Source: Candidatus Margulisiibacteriota bacterium (GTDB taxonomy: Bacteria > Margulisbacteria > Riflemargulisbacteria > GWF2-35-9 > DYQY01). From it: DNA of 56,061 bases. Numbering within the stretch: position 1 is the stretch's first letter; every line of letters begins with the position of its first letter. Both the position numbers and the translations under genes were made by a program. Location of the stretch: assembly GCA_028706105.1 (NCBI GenBank), contig JAQWCF010000002.1:1-56061 (forward strand), given 5' to 3'. A model generated the notes under the pieces. The model worked only from the letters and a program-made list of their open reading frames with translations, was not told the DNA's origin and did not search any database. Positions 38,004-46,349 of the stretch are shown here, in pieces.

Positions 38004-39473
38004 ATGAATGCTAAAATTATTTCTTTAGCATATCCTTCTGGAATTGGTTCGCTTTTGGATCAAGAACTTAAGCCAATAATCAATTTTTTCCAAGAACAAA
38101 TATCTATAGGTAATAGTGTATTTCAGCAAAGAATTGATGAATTGCAAAAAATGCTTAAAGGTTTAAGAAGATGCGATAATCTTATATTTCGCGACTTTTT
38201 ATCTACAGTAGATATGTTTGATGATAGACAGGAAATTTCCTTGCTTAGTATTAAAAGAGGATTGAGTATAGTTGAGTTCAGACAATACATATCAGATTTT
38301 GCTAATTTGTCTTCGATAGATATTGATTCTTGGGTTAATGATTTTTGTATAACTCAAGATATTGTAAATTCTGATGGTAATGTCTACAAAGCATGTACTT
38401 TAAGAAGTGATTTAAGTGAGGATGATTTAAGTAGAGCAGATACTCTGATACCAGAGTTATATAATTACTTATTAAACATAATAGAAGAGACCGAGGATTA
38501 TTTGTATTATAGGGAAGATATTAATGAATCTAAGATAAACATCGACACAGATGTGTTTAAAGCTTTAATATTATCAGAACCGGTTAAGCCCGTTTTCGGT
38601 CAGAAAGCTATATTTTCTTGGAATCATACTCATCCTACTAGGAGTCAAGAAGTTCAAAGTAGATATTCCAAAAGAAGTGGTTATTTTTTTTCTGTTGCTG
38701 ATTTGAAAGTTGTTAATGAAGTTGAAAGAAATGCAGAAGTGTTTTCTGCTTATGGAGCTTCTTTTGTTGAGAGGGATAACTATTACGAAGATATCAATGG
38801 TAACAAAGCAAAGCTTACAGTTAGTCCGCAATATATTAGCTATGTCGCTCGTCGTTTAGCATTTTTGGATGCATACAGATATATTTCTAAAGTAAGTAAA
38901 TTATCATCAAATGTGTTGATTAGTGTTGCTTTAGAGATAGCAAATTATTATGTTGGAAATAGAAAACAAGAGGATGTACAGGGTTTATTAGAAAAGTATA
39001 ATTTAGAGCCAGAACTTATTGAAAAATTTAAGAAGAAAGTTTTTGATAGTGGCGAAACCTCAGAGTTGAATGATTTTTTTGGTATGCATGCTAATTATCC
39101 TGAAGTAGCGGCATTAAAGGAAGGCCATGTTTCTTATTTTGTTAATAGGTCAATGATTAATAGAATGATGGACCCAAAACGAACAGAACTTGGCGATATG
39201 AAGTATCATGAAGCGATAGAGTTTATTAAGCTTCGTTCATCAAAAACACTAAGACTTATCCTTTGTGCGAAATATGATTTGTCAGACCTTTTCATTAGAG
39301 ACAGAAAGTTCCTCGGAAATAGAATAGTTAGTGTTTCAGCTAAGCAAACGTATATGCCTTTGCTTAAGGAACTATGGAACTCAAAGAATCTTACTGAAGC
39401 GAGAGAAGCTAGGGATAAGATTTTGAAGGCCTTTTATGAGCTTGATAAATCAGGCGAGTTGTACGAAGACTAA
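38004..39473 (+). CDS. hypothetical protein (489 aa) with a weak JAMM-like HTHP...SVAD motif
   Basis: ORF track. It starts 3 nt after the stop of the 561-aa gene. WNHTHP lies at aa 206-211 and SVAD at aa 230-233. The spacing is longer than in canonical JAMM proteins. Confidence 0.65.
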   Translation: MNAKIISLAYPSGIGSLLDQELKPIINFFQEQISIGNSVFQQRIDELQKMLKGLRRCDNLIFRDFLSTVDMFDDRQEISLLSIKRGLSIVEFRQYISDFANLSSIDIDSWVNDFCITQDIVNSDGNVYKACTLRSDLSEDDLSRADTLIPELYNYLLNIIEETEDYLYYREDINESKINIDTDVFKALILSEPVKPVFGQKAIFSWNHTHPTRSQEVQSRYSKRSGYFFSVADLKVVNEVERNAEVFSAYGASFVERDNYYEDINGNKAKLTVSPQYISYVARRLAFLDAYRYISKVSKLSSNVLISVALEIANYYVGNRKQEDVQGLLEKYNLEPELIEKFKKKVFDSGETSELNDFFGMHANYPEVAALKEGHVSYFVNRSMINRMMDPKRTELGDMKYHEAIEFIKLRSSKTLRLILCAKYDLSDLFIRDRKFLGNRIVSVSAKQTYMPLLKELWNSKNLTEAREARDKILKAFYELDKSGELYED

Positions 39474-39484
39474 ATTCCCTCACA

Positions 39485-39493
39485 TGTTATAAT
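39485..39493 (+). promoter_or_regulatory. extended -10 (TGtTATAAT) ending 6 nt before the queC ATG (leaderless-type)
   Basis: The plus strand reads caTGtTATAAT-atcccc-ATG. There is no SD. Confidence 0.5.
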
Positions 39494-39499
39494 ATCCCC

Positions 39500-40165
39500 A
39501 TGACTACAGCATTAATGATACTTTCTGGTGGACAAGACTCAACTACTACTTTGTTTTGGGCTAAGAAGAAGTTTGGCTCAGTAGAGGCCATTACCTTTGA
39601 TTATGGACAGCGACACAAAGTAGAACTTGAATCAGCCAAGAAAGTTGCTGAAATAGCTGGAGTCCCTCATAAGTTAGTAAGAGTAACAGCACTTGAGCAG
39701 TTAGCTGATAATGCCATGATTAAAGACGAAGAAATTGTTATTAATAAGACAACAGGGCTTCCTACAACCTTTGTTCCTGGAAGAAACCTAATTTTTGTAA
39801 CACTTGCTGCTGGGTATGCTTACACTAAAGGGATTAAGGATTTAATATTAGGAGTCTCTCAGGTTGATTACAGTGGCTATCCAGATTGTCGCAGAGAAAC
39901 GATGAGGTCATTAGAAAAGACGATTTCTTTGGGTATGGATTTTGATTTTACTATTCATACACCTCTTGTAGATAAAGACAAAAAAGATACAGTCCTTATG
40001 GCAAAAGAGCTTGGCGTATTAGATGTTATGAAATACACCCACACTTGTTATAAAGGTCAACGACCTCCATGTGGAGAGTGCCCTGCATGTAAGCTTAGGG
40101 CAAAGGGATTCGCTGAAGCAGGGATTATAGACCCTCTTTTTATCTTAGTCACAAAGATTATTTAG
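39500..40165 (+). CDS. queC: 7-cyano-7-deazaguanine synthase
   Basis: 221 aa with the SGGQDS PP-loop and the C-terminal CGECPACKLRAKGF zinc cluster. The atypical tail ...DPLFILVTKII is consistent with a replaced 3' end. Confidence 0.92.
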   Translation: MTTALMILSGGQDSTTTLFWAKKKFGSVEAITFDYGQRHKVELESAKKVAEIAGVPHKLVRVTALEQLADNAMIKDEEIVINKTTGLPTTFVPGRNLIFVTLAAGYAYTKGIKDLILGVSQVDYSGYPDCRRETMRSLEKTISLGMDFDFTIHTPLVDKDKKDTVLMAKELGVLDVMKYTHTCYKGQRPPCGECPACKLRAKGFAEAGIIDPLFILVTKII

Positions 40166-40171
40166 TGGCTC

Positions 40172-40215
40172 CCTTATCAAGGAAGATGGCCTTCGTTAGT
40201 GCGACTTAGGGTTAT
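40172..40215. repeat. dispersed hairpin-plus-tail element copy (ctccctt-atc-aaggaag + atggccttcgttagtgcgac)
   Basis: Imperfect member of the family seen at 1007, 10405, 10514 and 10665. It lies at the left edge of the TA cassette. Confidence 0.4.
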
Positions 40216-40239
40216 ATCCTCCATTCTTCCAGTTATCCA

Positions 40240-40269
40240 TTGAACTAGTGAGCAAATGAAAGTTATAAT
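40240..40269 (+). promoter_or_regulatory. TTGAAC-18 nt-TATAAT promoter ending 6 nt before the MNT ATG (leaderless-type)
   Basis: The -35 is at 40240-40245 and the -10 at 40264-40269, followed by attgta-ATG. Confidence 0.5.
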
Positions 40270-40275
40270 ATTGTA

Positions 40276-40578
40276 ATGATACAAGTTATTCCTTTAACAG
40301 ATGCAGAGATTATTAGTAACGTGAAAGAAATTATTATCTCTGAGTTGCCTGAAGCAAAAGCTTATTTGTTTGGTTCTCGTATTAATGGAAAAGCAAAGAT
40401 AGTGTCGGATTTTGATATATGTATTAAAATAGATAAAGAGATTCCTGCAGTTAAGTTGTTTTCAATAGAACAAAAAATTGATAATTTGGATACTTTAAGG
40501 ACTATAGATATCTCTGATTATCATCGTTTGAATGATTTTTTTAAAAGTAACATTGATCAAACTGGAGTATTAATATGA
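40276..40578 (+). CDS. minimal nucleotidyltransferase (MNT) antitoxin, HI0073-like
   Basis: 100 aa. FGSRINGKAKIVSDFDICI matches GSxxxGxxxxxSDxD. It overlaps the HEPN gene by 4 nt (ATGA). Confidence 0.85.
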   Translation: MIQVIPLTDAEIISNVKEIIISELPEAKAYLFGSRINGKAKIVSDFDICIKIDKEIPAVKLFSIEQKIDNLDTLRTIDISDYHRLNDFFKSNIDQTGVLI

Positions 40579-40964
40579 ATCAAGAAATAAATAATCAATT
40601 AGGTAATTTTACAGATTCTCTTCAACGACTTAAGGAAGTAATGCAAAGAGATATTAATGAAGATAGCATAGTTTTAGATGCTGCAATTCAACGTTTTGAA
40701 TTTACTTTTGAAAATGCTTGGAAGTCTATAAGAATGGTTATAAAAGATTATGGAGAAGATGCAAATTCACCTAGAGAAGCAATTAAAAAAGCATATAGAA
40801 TGGGTTATATAGAAGATGAAGCAGTTTTTCTGGAACTTCTTATGGCAAGAAACCTAACTAGTCACACTTATAATTATCCGATAGCTATTAGTGTTTATAA
40901 TAATGTTAAGAAGAATATGTCGGTTTTTGATAAACTTTACGATAAACTAAAATCGCTGATTTGA
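40575..40964 (+). CDS. HEPN-domain toxin, HI0074 nucleotidyltransferase substrate-binding family
   Basis: 129 aa with QRFEFTFENAWKSIR and the Rx4H motif RNLTSH. Confidence 0.85.
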   Translation: MNQEINNQLGNFTDSLQRLKEVMQRDINEDSIVLDAAIQRFEFTFENAWKSIRMVIKDYGEDANSPREAIKKAYRMGYIEDEAVFLELLMARNLTSHTYNYPIAISVYNNVKKNMSVFDKLYDKLKSLI

Positions 40965-40966
40965 TT

Positions 40967-41023
40967 AAACTTAGAGCTAAAGGTTTTGCAGAAGCAGGAA
41001 TTACGGATCCATTAATAGAATGA
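40967..41023 (+). pseudogene. queC: displaced queC 3'-end remnant (KLRAKGFAEAGITDPLIE*)
   Basis: It translates to a peptide matching queC aa 198-213 at 15 of 16 positions, although 11 of the 16 codons differ at the third position. It ends in TGA at 41021-41023. Confidence 0.75.
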
Positions 41024-41164
41024 CAAATGTCAAAACTCAAATGTCAAATAAATCAGATAATGACAAATAATTAAATAAATAGTTGAAATTGAATTTTTCT
41101 TGATTTGAGATTTAAGTATTTATTTGGATTTTGTCATTTGTCATTTGGGTTTATTATAGAATTT

Positions 41165-41201
41165 TCCTTTCACTTTCCACTTTTCACTTTTTACCTTTCA
41201 C
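41165..41201. repeat. tandem TTTCAC-type 7-8-nt repeats upstream of aspS
   Basis: The sequence reads cctttcac tttccac ttttcac tttttacc tttcac. Confidence 0.7.
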
Positions 41202-41203
41202 TA

Positions 41204-41209
41204 TATACT
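41204..41209 (+). promoter_or_regulatory. -10-like TATACT 7 nt upstream of the aspS ATG (leaderless-type)
   Basis: The plus strand reads TATACT-atagcct-ATG. There is no SD. Confidence 0.4.
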
Positions 41210-41216
41210 ATAGCCT

Positions 41217-43004
41217 ATGCTTAAAAGAACCATAAATTGCGGAGAACTTAGACGGTCAGACATTGGTAAGGAAGTTATTCTTAACGGATGGGTTAATCGT
41301 CGTAGGGACCATGGTGGAGTAATTTTCCTAGACCTTAGAGACAGAAGTGGTATTGTCCAGATAACTTTCGATTCTTCCAAGGCAGGTATGTCCCATCAAC
41401 TTGCTGAAAGCATCCGAAGTGAGTATGTTCTAGCTGTTAAAGGTCAAGTTATTACGCGTTCAGACGCAACTGTTAATCCTAATATGCCTACTGGTGAAGT
41501 AGAAGTTGAGTGTACAATAGTAGATATATTAAATACTAGTAAAACACCAGTTTTCAGTGTTGCTGATGATGATCAGGTGGATGAAACATTAAAACTAAAA
41601 TATAGATATCTGGATTTAAGGAAAGAAACCTCGTTAAATAAATTCAAAATACGACATAATGTTACAGCTGCAATAAGAAATCATTTAAACAAAGAGGGGT
41701 TCTATGAAGTAGAAACTCCAATACTTAATAAGAGTACCCCAGAAGGTGCTAGAGATTACTTAGTCCCAAGTAGGGTTAATGTTGGTAAGTTTTTTGCTCT
41801 TCCTCAATCACCTCAGCTATTCAAGCAATTATTAATGGTTAGTGGTTTTGAAAAGTATTATCAAGTAGCTAAATGTTTTAGAGATGAAGATCTTCGCGCA
41901 GACCGTCAGCCAGAGTTTACACAGATAGACTTAGAGATGAGTTTTGTTGAACAAGATGATGTTATTGCTTTAACCGAAGGAGTCATCAAAGAAGCTTTTA
42001 GAGTTATTGGTGAAGAAGTTGCTCTTCCTATAAACAGAATTACCTATGATGATGCCATGAATTTTTATGGTAGTGATAAACCTGATATGCGTTATGATTT
42101 AAAATTAGTGGATATTACAGATATTTGTAAGAATATTGAATTGAAGGTTTTTAACCAGATTGCTAATGGTGGAGGTATGGTTAAAGGCTTAAATGTTAAA
42201 AATGGTCATTCTCTAAGTAGAAAGAATATGGATGATTTAATCACTTTTTCTCAAAAACATGGAGCCAAAGGAATGGCGTATATAACAGTTAGACCAGAAT
42301 CGCCAGATGATATAAGTAAATATGAATACACCTCACCAATTACTAAGTTCTTTAATGCTGATCAACTTAAGCAAACCATGGAACAATTTGATGCCAAACC
42401 GGGCGATGTTTTAGTTTTTATCGCGGACAGTGTAGTTGTTGCAAATGATGTATTAGGTAGGCTAAGGTTGGAAATTGCAGAATTGTTGAAGATTGTACCA
42501 AAACAGAAATATTCATTTGTTTGGGTGACTAATTTCCCTATGTTTGAGAAGTCAGAGGGAAAGCTAAAAGCATTACATCATCCTTTTACTAAGCCAGACA
42601 TTAAGGATTTATCAGAGTTAGATGCTGACCCTTTATCTTTATATTCAATAGGTTATGATATCGTTCTTAATGGTTGCGAGCTAGGTGGTGGGTCAATTCG
42701 TATTCATCAGGCAGAGATGCAATCGAAAATTCTTGAATTACTCGGCATTGGACCAAAAGAAGCAGAAGAGAAGTTTGGTTTCTTATTAAGTGCCTTAGAG
42801 TATGGCGCTCCTCCACATGGTGGCTTAGCTATAGGCTTAGACAGAATGATAATGTTAATGACTGGCTCTGCTTCAATCAGAGATGTTATTGCTTTTCCTA
42901 AAACACAAAGTGCTGGTTGTCCGCTTTCTGACGCTCCGAGTGAAGTTTCTGCTGAACAGCTCAAAGAGCTAGGCATTAGACTACGCCAAGCTTCTAAAGA
43001 ATAA
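41217..43004 (+). CDS. aspS: aspartate--tRNA ligase
   Basis: 595 aa with class II aaRS motifs (FRDEDLRADRQPEFTQID; GGGSIRIH; GLDR), an N-terminal OB fold and the bacterial insertion domain. Confidence 0.95.
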   Translation: MLKRTINCGELRRSDIGKEVILNGWVNRRRDHGGVIFLDLRDRSGIVQITFDSSKAGMSHQLAESIRSEYVLAVKGQVITRSDATVNPNMPTGEVEVECTIVDILNTSKTPVFSVADDDQVDETLKLKYRYLDLRKETSLNKFKIRHNVTAAIRNHLNKEGFYEVETPILNKSTPEGARDYLVPSRVNVGKFFALPQSPQLFKQLLMVSGFEKYYQVAKCFRDEDLRADRQPEFTQIDLEMSFVEQDDVIALTEGVIKEAFRVIGEEVALPINRITYDDAMNFYGSDKPDMRYDLKLVDITDICKNIELKVFNQIANGGGMVKGLNVKNGHSLSRKNMDDLITFSQKHGAKGMAYITVRPESPDDISKYEYTSPITKFFNADQLKQTMEQFDAKPGDVLVFIADSVVVANDVLGRLRLEIAELLKIVPKQKYSFVWVTNFPMFEKSEGKLKALHHPFTKPDIKDLSELDADPLSLYSIGYDIVLNGCELGGGSIRIHQAEMQSKILELLGIGPKEAEEKFGFLLSALEYGAPPHGGLAIGLDRMIMLMTGSASIRDVIAFPKTQSAGCPLSDAPSEVSAEQLKELGIRLRQASKE

Positions 43005-43092
43005 AAACAGTCCGCCGAGTGAGGCTCGGACGTAAAATGGACACAAAACAGCAAAAATGCATATATAATGGACTCGAATAAGCCAATTTTTA

Positions 43093-43121
43093 TTGTATAG
43101 CCTATTGTTGAGATGTATAAT
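43093..43121 (+). promoter_or_regulatory. TTGTAT-17 nt-TATAAT promoter for the glycogen cluster
   Basis: The -35 is at 43093-43098 and the -10 at 43116-43121. An AGGTAGGTGA SD follows before the ATG at 43146. Confidence 0.45.
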
Positions 43122-43145
43122 CTGTATACAAGGTAGGTGAGTAAC

Positions 43146-43439
43146 ATGAAAAAAGTAGTAAAAAAGGTACAAAAAAAAGAAGTGAAAAGAAAAATTCAGT
43201 TTAAATTTTATGCACCTCAGGCTCAAGATGTTTCTCTTGTTGGTACCTTTAATAAATGGAATCCAATTAAAAAGAAAATGAAAATGAACGAAAAGGGCGA
43301 GTGGTTGACTAGAGTAATTTTGTCAGAAGGCGAGCATCAATACAAATTCATCGTCGATGGTGAATGGATAAACGATCCAGGAGCAGAAAGATTTTTAGAA
43401 AATGGGGTTGGCGGCATTAATAGCGTCAAGGTCGTATAG
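43146..43439 (+). CDS. glycogen-binding CBM48 / AMPK-beta-like (E-set) domain protein
   Basis: The segment FKFYAPQAQDVSLVGTFNKWNP...EGEHQYKFIVDGEWINDP is read directly. I moved the start to the ATG at 43146 (SD upstream) instead of the GTG at 43137 in the track. Confidence 0.8.
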   Translation: MKKVVKKVQKKEVKRKIQFKFYAPQAQDVSLVGTFNKWNPIKKKMKMNEKGEWLTRVILSEGEHQYKFIVDGEWINDPGAERFLENGVGGINSVKVV

Positions 43440-43456
43440 ACCGAAAGGGGTTCAAA

Positions 43457-44674
43457 ATGATATATGAAGAGGAACAGCTAAATAAATTAACTAAATTCGA
43501 GTTGCTGGATATTGCAACAGAGTTGGATGTTAAATATAGAACAAGAATGGCAAAACCAAAGTTGGTTGCCTCTATACTTGAGGAAATTGCTAAAAAGAAA
43601 AAAGACTTTGACCCCAAGACTGAAAATATTTTGGATGAACAAGAGAAGAGTCGTCAGCTTGACGCGGATTCCGCTAAAGATAGAGAGGCTGTTCATGCCT
43701 CCAAGTATAATAAGGCAGAGCCTAAGACTAAGGCGGCTATTAAAGTTGAAGACAAAAAAGAAGAAACTGTTGTTGAACAACCACAAGAAAATACTTATAA
43801 CAAATATGATACGATGAATGACTCTTATCATGTACCTCATGCATATGGTGACGATAAAGTAATTGCTATGGTGGTGGATCCTACTCATATACATATTTAC
43901 TGGGAAACAACACAAAAAACGCAACAAAGATTACTTCAAGAAGCTGGTTTAGCTGGAAGTGGCTTTGATTTATTGTTGAAGTTGTATGATGTAACGGATA
44001 TTGACTTTAATGGCGCTAATGCTTGGAGTGAGCAGGAACTTAACGTTGGTTATTCTAGAAATTGGTATTTCTCTGTCACGGCAAATAGGAGCTATTGTGC
44101 TGAAATCGGCATGAAGATACATGCTAGTGGTAAGTTTATCCGTATTGCTAGGTCTAACATTATTGAAACACCTAGAGATTCTGTAAGTGATTTTTATGAT
44201 GAAGAATGGATGATGATTGATTTTAATAATAATAAGAATATTTATAGTGAGTTATATCGACTTTCTGGTGGATATGATATGAAGAGATATCAATTAAATT
44301 CAGCTACTGTTACAGAAAGAGTTGATAGACCTTATGATTTTAAGCTTCCAACAGTTAGCTTAAGCTCAGAGTCTTTGTCTTCTCATTCCTTGTCTTCACA
44401 CTCGTTAGTGAAGAATCAGAAGGATTTTTGGTTATGGGTAGATACGGAACTTATTGTTTATGGTCAAACCAAGGTAGACGCTAAAGAGTTAACTATTAAT
44501 GGTGAGGCTATAAAACTTGATAAAGAAGGAAGATTTCGATTGCATATGGCTCTTCCTAATGGGGAATATCCGTTCCAAGTGCGTGCTGTCTCGAAATGTG
44601 GTGAGATGGTAGAAGAGGTCACTCCAAAAGTGATTCGATTTATGGAACAGGAAAAAGTCAGGACGAAAGGATAA
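43457..44674 (+). CDS. DUF4912 domain protein with Rho-N/SAP-like N-terminus
   Basis: 405 aa. LTKFELLDIATELDV is the Rho_N-like part, and VIAMVVDPTHIHIYWE is typical of DUF4912. It neighbours a GH57 gene, as is common for this family. Confidence 0.75.
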   Translation: MIYEEEQLNKLTKFELLDIATELDVKYRTRMAKPKLVASILEEIAKKKKDFDPKTENILDEQEKSRQLDADSAKDREAVHASKYNKAEPKTKAAIKVEDKKEETVVEQPQENTYNKYDTMNDSYHVPHAYGDDKVIAMVVDPTHIHIYWETTQKTQQRLLQEAGLAGSGFDLLLKLYDVTDIDFNGANAWSEQELNVGYSRNWYFSVTANRSYCAEIGMKIHASGKFIRIARSNIIETPRDSVSDFYDEEWMMIDFNNNKNIYSELYRLSGGYDMKRYQLNSATVTERVDRPYDFKLPTVSLSSESLSSHSLSSHSLVKNQKDFWLWVDTELIVYGQTKVDAKELTINGEAIKLDKEGRFRLHMALPNGEYPFQVRAVSKCGEMVEEVTPKVIRFMEQEKVRTKG

Positions 44675-44681
44675 TTTAATT

Positions 44682-46283
44682 ATGGAAAAAGGATATTTAG
44701 CACTAGTACTGCATGCTCATTTGCCATACGTACGGCACCCAGAGTATGCCTCTTTTTTAGAGGAAGATTGGTTTTTTGAGGCAATTACAGAAACGTATAT
44801 ACCGCTACTTAATATGATGGATAGGCTTGTTAATGATGGGGTAGACTTTAGACTTACTATGTCTATAACTCCTCCTCTTGCTGGGATGTTTTCTGATATG
44901 GTGTTACAGGATAAATATATTCACCATATTGAACAATTGATAGAGCTTAGTGATAAAGAAATTGATCGCACTAAGTATCTTCCTCAGTTTCATGAAACAG
45001 CCAAAATGTATAAAGGTGTTTTTATGAATAGCCGCTATGTTTTTGTGGAAAAATATAAAAAAAATCTCATAAATGGTTTTAAATATTTTCAGGACATAGG
45101 CAAGTTAGAAATTATAACTTGTACTGCTACTCATGGGTTTTTGCCTTTGATGGAAAGTAATCGTGAAGCAGTTCATGCTCAGGTCAAAGTAGCAACGGAA
45201 GATTATAAGAGACATTTCGGAAGAGGACCAAAAGGAATTTGGTTAGCTGAATGTGGTTATAATCCAGGCGATGAAGAAGAGTTAAAGAAGGCAGGAATTA
45301 GTTTCTTTTTTGTGGATACTCACGGAATTTTGCATGGTAATCCAAGACCAAAATATGGAGTTTTTGCCCCTGTTTACACTAAAAATGGAGTAGCTGCTTT
45401 TGGTCGTGATATGGAGTCCTCTAAGTCAGTATGGAGTGCTGAAGAAGGTTATCCAGGAGATCAAAGATATAGAGATTTCTATCGAGATGTTGGTTTTGAT
45501 TTAGATATGGAATATATCAAAGATTATATTCACCCAGATGGGATTAGAAAACATACGGGCATTAAGTATTATAAGATTACTGGTAAAACAGATACTAAAC
45601 AGCCTTACAATCATTTCCAAGCAGAAGCTGCAGCAGCAGAACATGCCAGTAACTTTCTTTTTAATAGAGAGAAGCAAGTAGAGTATTTGTATGATGTAAT
45701 GGGTGGTAAAAAGCCTATAATTATCTCTCCTTATGATGCTGAATTGTATGGTCATTGGTGGTTTGAAGGTCCTAAGTTTTTAGAGAATCTTATTCGTAAG
45801 GCCTATTATGATCAAGATACAGTAAAACTGATAAGCCCTTATGAGTACTTACAAGATAATCCTACAAATCAGGTTGTTACACCATCTATGTCTAGTTGGG
45901 GAAATAAAGGTTATAACGAAGTTTGGCTAGAAGGAAGCAATGATTGGGTATATCCTCATTTGCATAAAATAGCTGACAGAATGGTTGAGCTAGCCAATAA
46001 GTTTACCTATGCTGACGATGTGTTAAGAAGAGCGTTAAATCAGGCGGCTAGAGAAGTGTTGCTTGCACAGAGCTCTGACTGGGCATTTATAATGAAAACA
46101 GGAACTATGGTGGAGTATGCTAATAGAAGAACAAAGAGTCATGTCACAAGATTTAACAATCTGTACGATATGATATTGGGGAATGGCATCGATACTAATT
46201 ATTTAGCTGATCTGGAATCTAAGGATAATATATTTCCAAACATTGATTACACAGTGTATCAAACAGCAGATCTTAAGAGATAA
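44682..46283 (+). CDS. GH57-type 1,4-alpha-glucan branching enzyme
   Basis: 533 aa. The N-terminus GYLALVLHAHLPYVRHPE and the overall length match GH57 branching enzymes. Confidence 0.85.
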   Translation: MEKGYLALVLHAHLPYVRHPEYASFLEEDWFFEAITETYIPLLNMMDRLVNDGVDFRLTMSITPPLAGMFSDMVLQDKYIHHIEQLIELSDKEIDRTKYLPQFHETAKMYKGVFMNSRYVFVEKYKKNLINGFKYFQDIGKLEIITCTATHGFLPLMESNREAVHAQVKVATEDYKRHFGRGPKGIWLAECGYNPGDEEELKKAGISFFFVDTHGILHGNPRPKYGVFAPVYTKNGVAAFGRDMESSKSVWSAEEGYPGDQRYRDFYRDVGFDLDMEYIKDYIHPDGIRKHTGIKYYKITGKTDTKQPYNHFQAEAAAAEHASNFLFNREKQVEYLYDVMGGKKPIIISPYDAELYGHWWFEGPKFLENLIRKAYYDQDTVKLISPYEYLQDNPTNQVVTPSMSSWGNKGYNEVWLEGSNDWVYPHLHKIADRMVELANKFTYADDVLRRALNQAAREVLLAQSSDWAFIMKTGTMVEYANRRTKSHVTRFNNLYDMILGNGIDTNYLADLESKDNIFPNIDYTVYQTADLKR

Positions 46284-46325
46284 AAGATAAAAGATGATTA
46301 GATGATTAGAAACTCAGTTGACATA

Positions 46326-46349
46326 GTCATTCCCGCGTAGGCGGGAATC
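46326..46349 (+). repeat. solo copy of the 24-nt palindromic element (gtcattcccgcgtaggcgggaatc)
   Basis: Identical to 7641-7664. Confidence 0.9.

Noticed and set aside
10034-41023. Calling the whole giant locus a genomic island or integrative element
   Set aside because: No integrase, transposase, conjugation or phage genes are present. There are no flanking direct repeats spanning the locus. The giant ORF's composition looks host-like. The queC 3' duplication brackets only the TA cassette, not the giant locus.
43005-43035. Terminator after aspS (gtccgccgagtgaggctcggac)
   Set aside because: The stem is short and imperfect (ccgag/ctcgg core) and has no U-tract. This is not enough to call a terminator.
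42707-43927. Minus-strand ORFs overlapping the aspS 3' end, the intergenic promoter and the DUF4912 gene (146, 81, 63 and 146 aa), plus the plus-strand ORF at 43512-43817
   Set aside because: They overlap strongly supported genes and have low-complexity translations.
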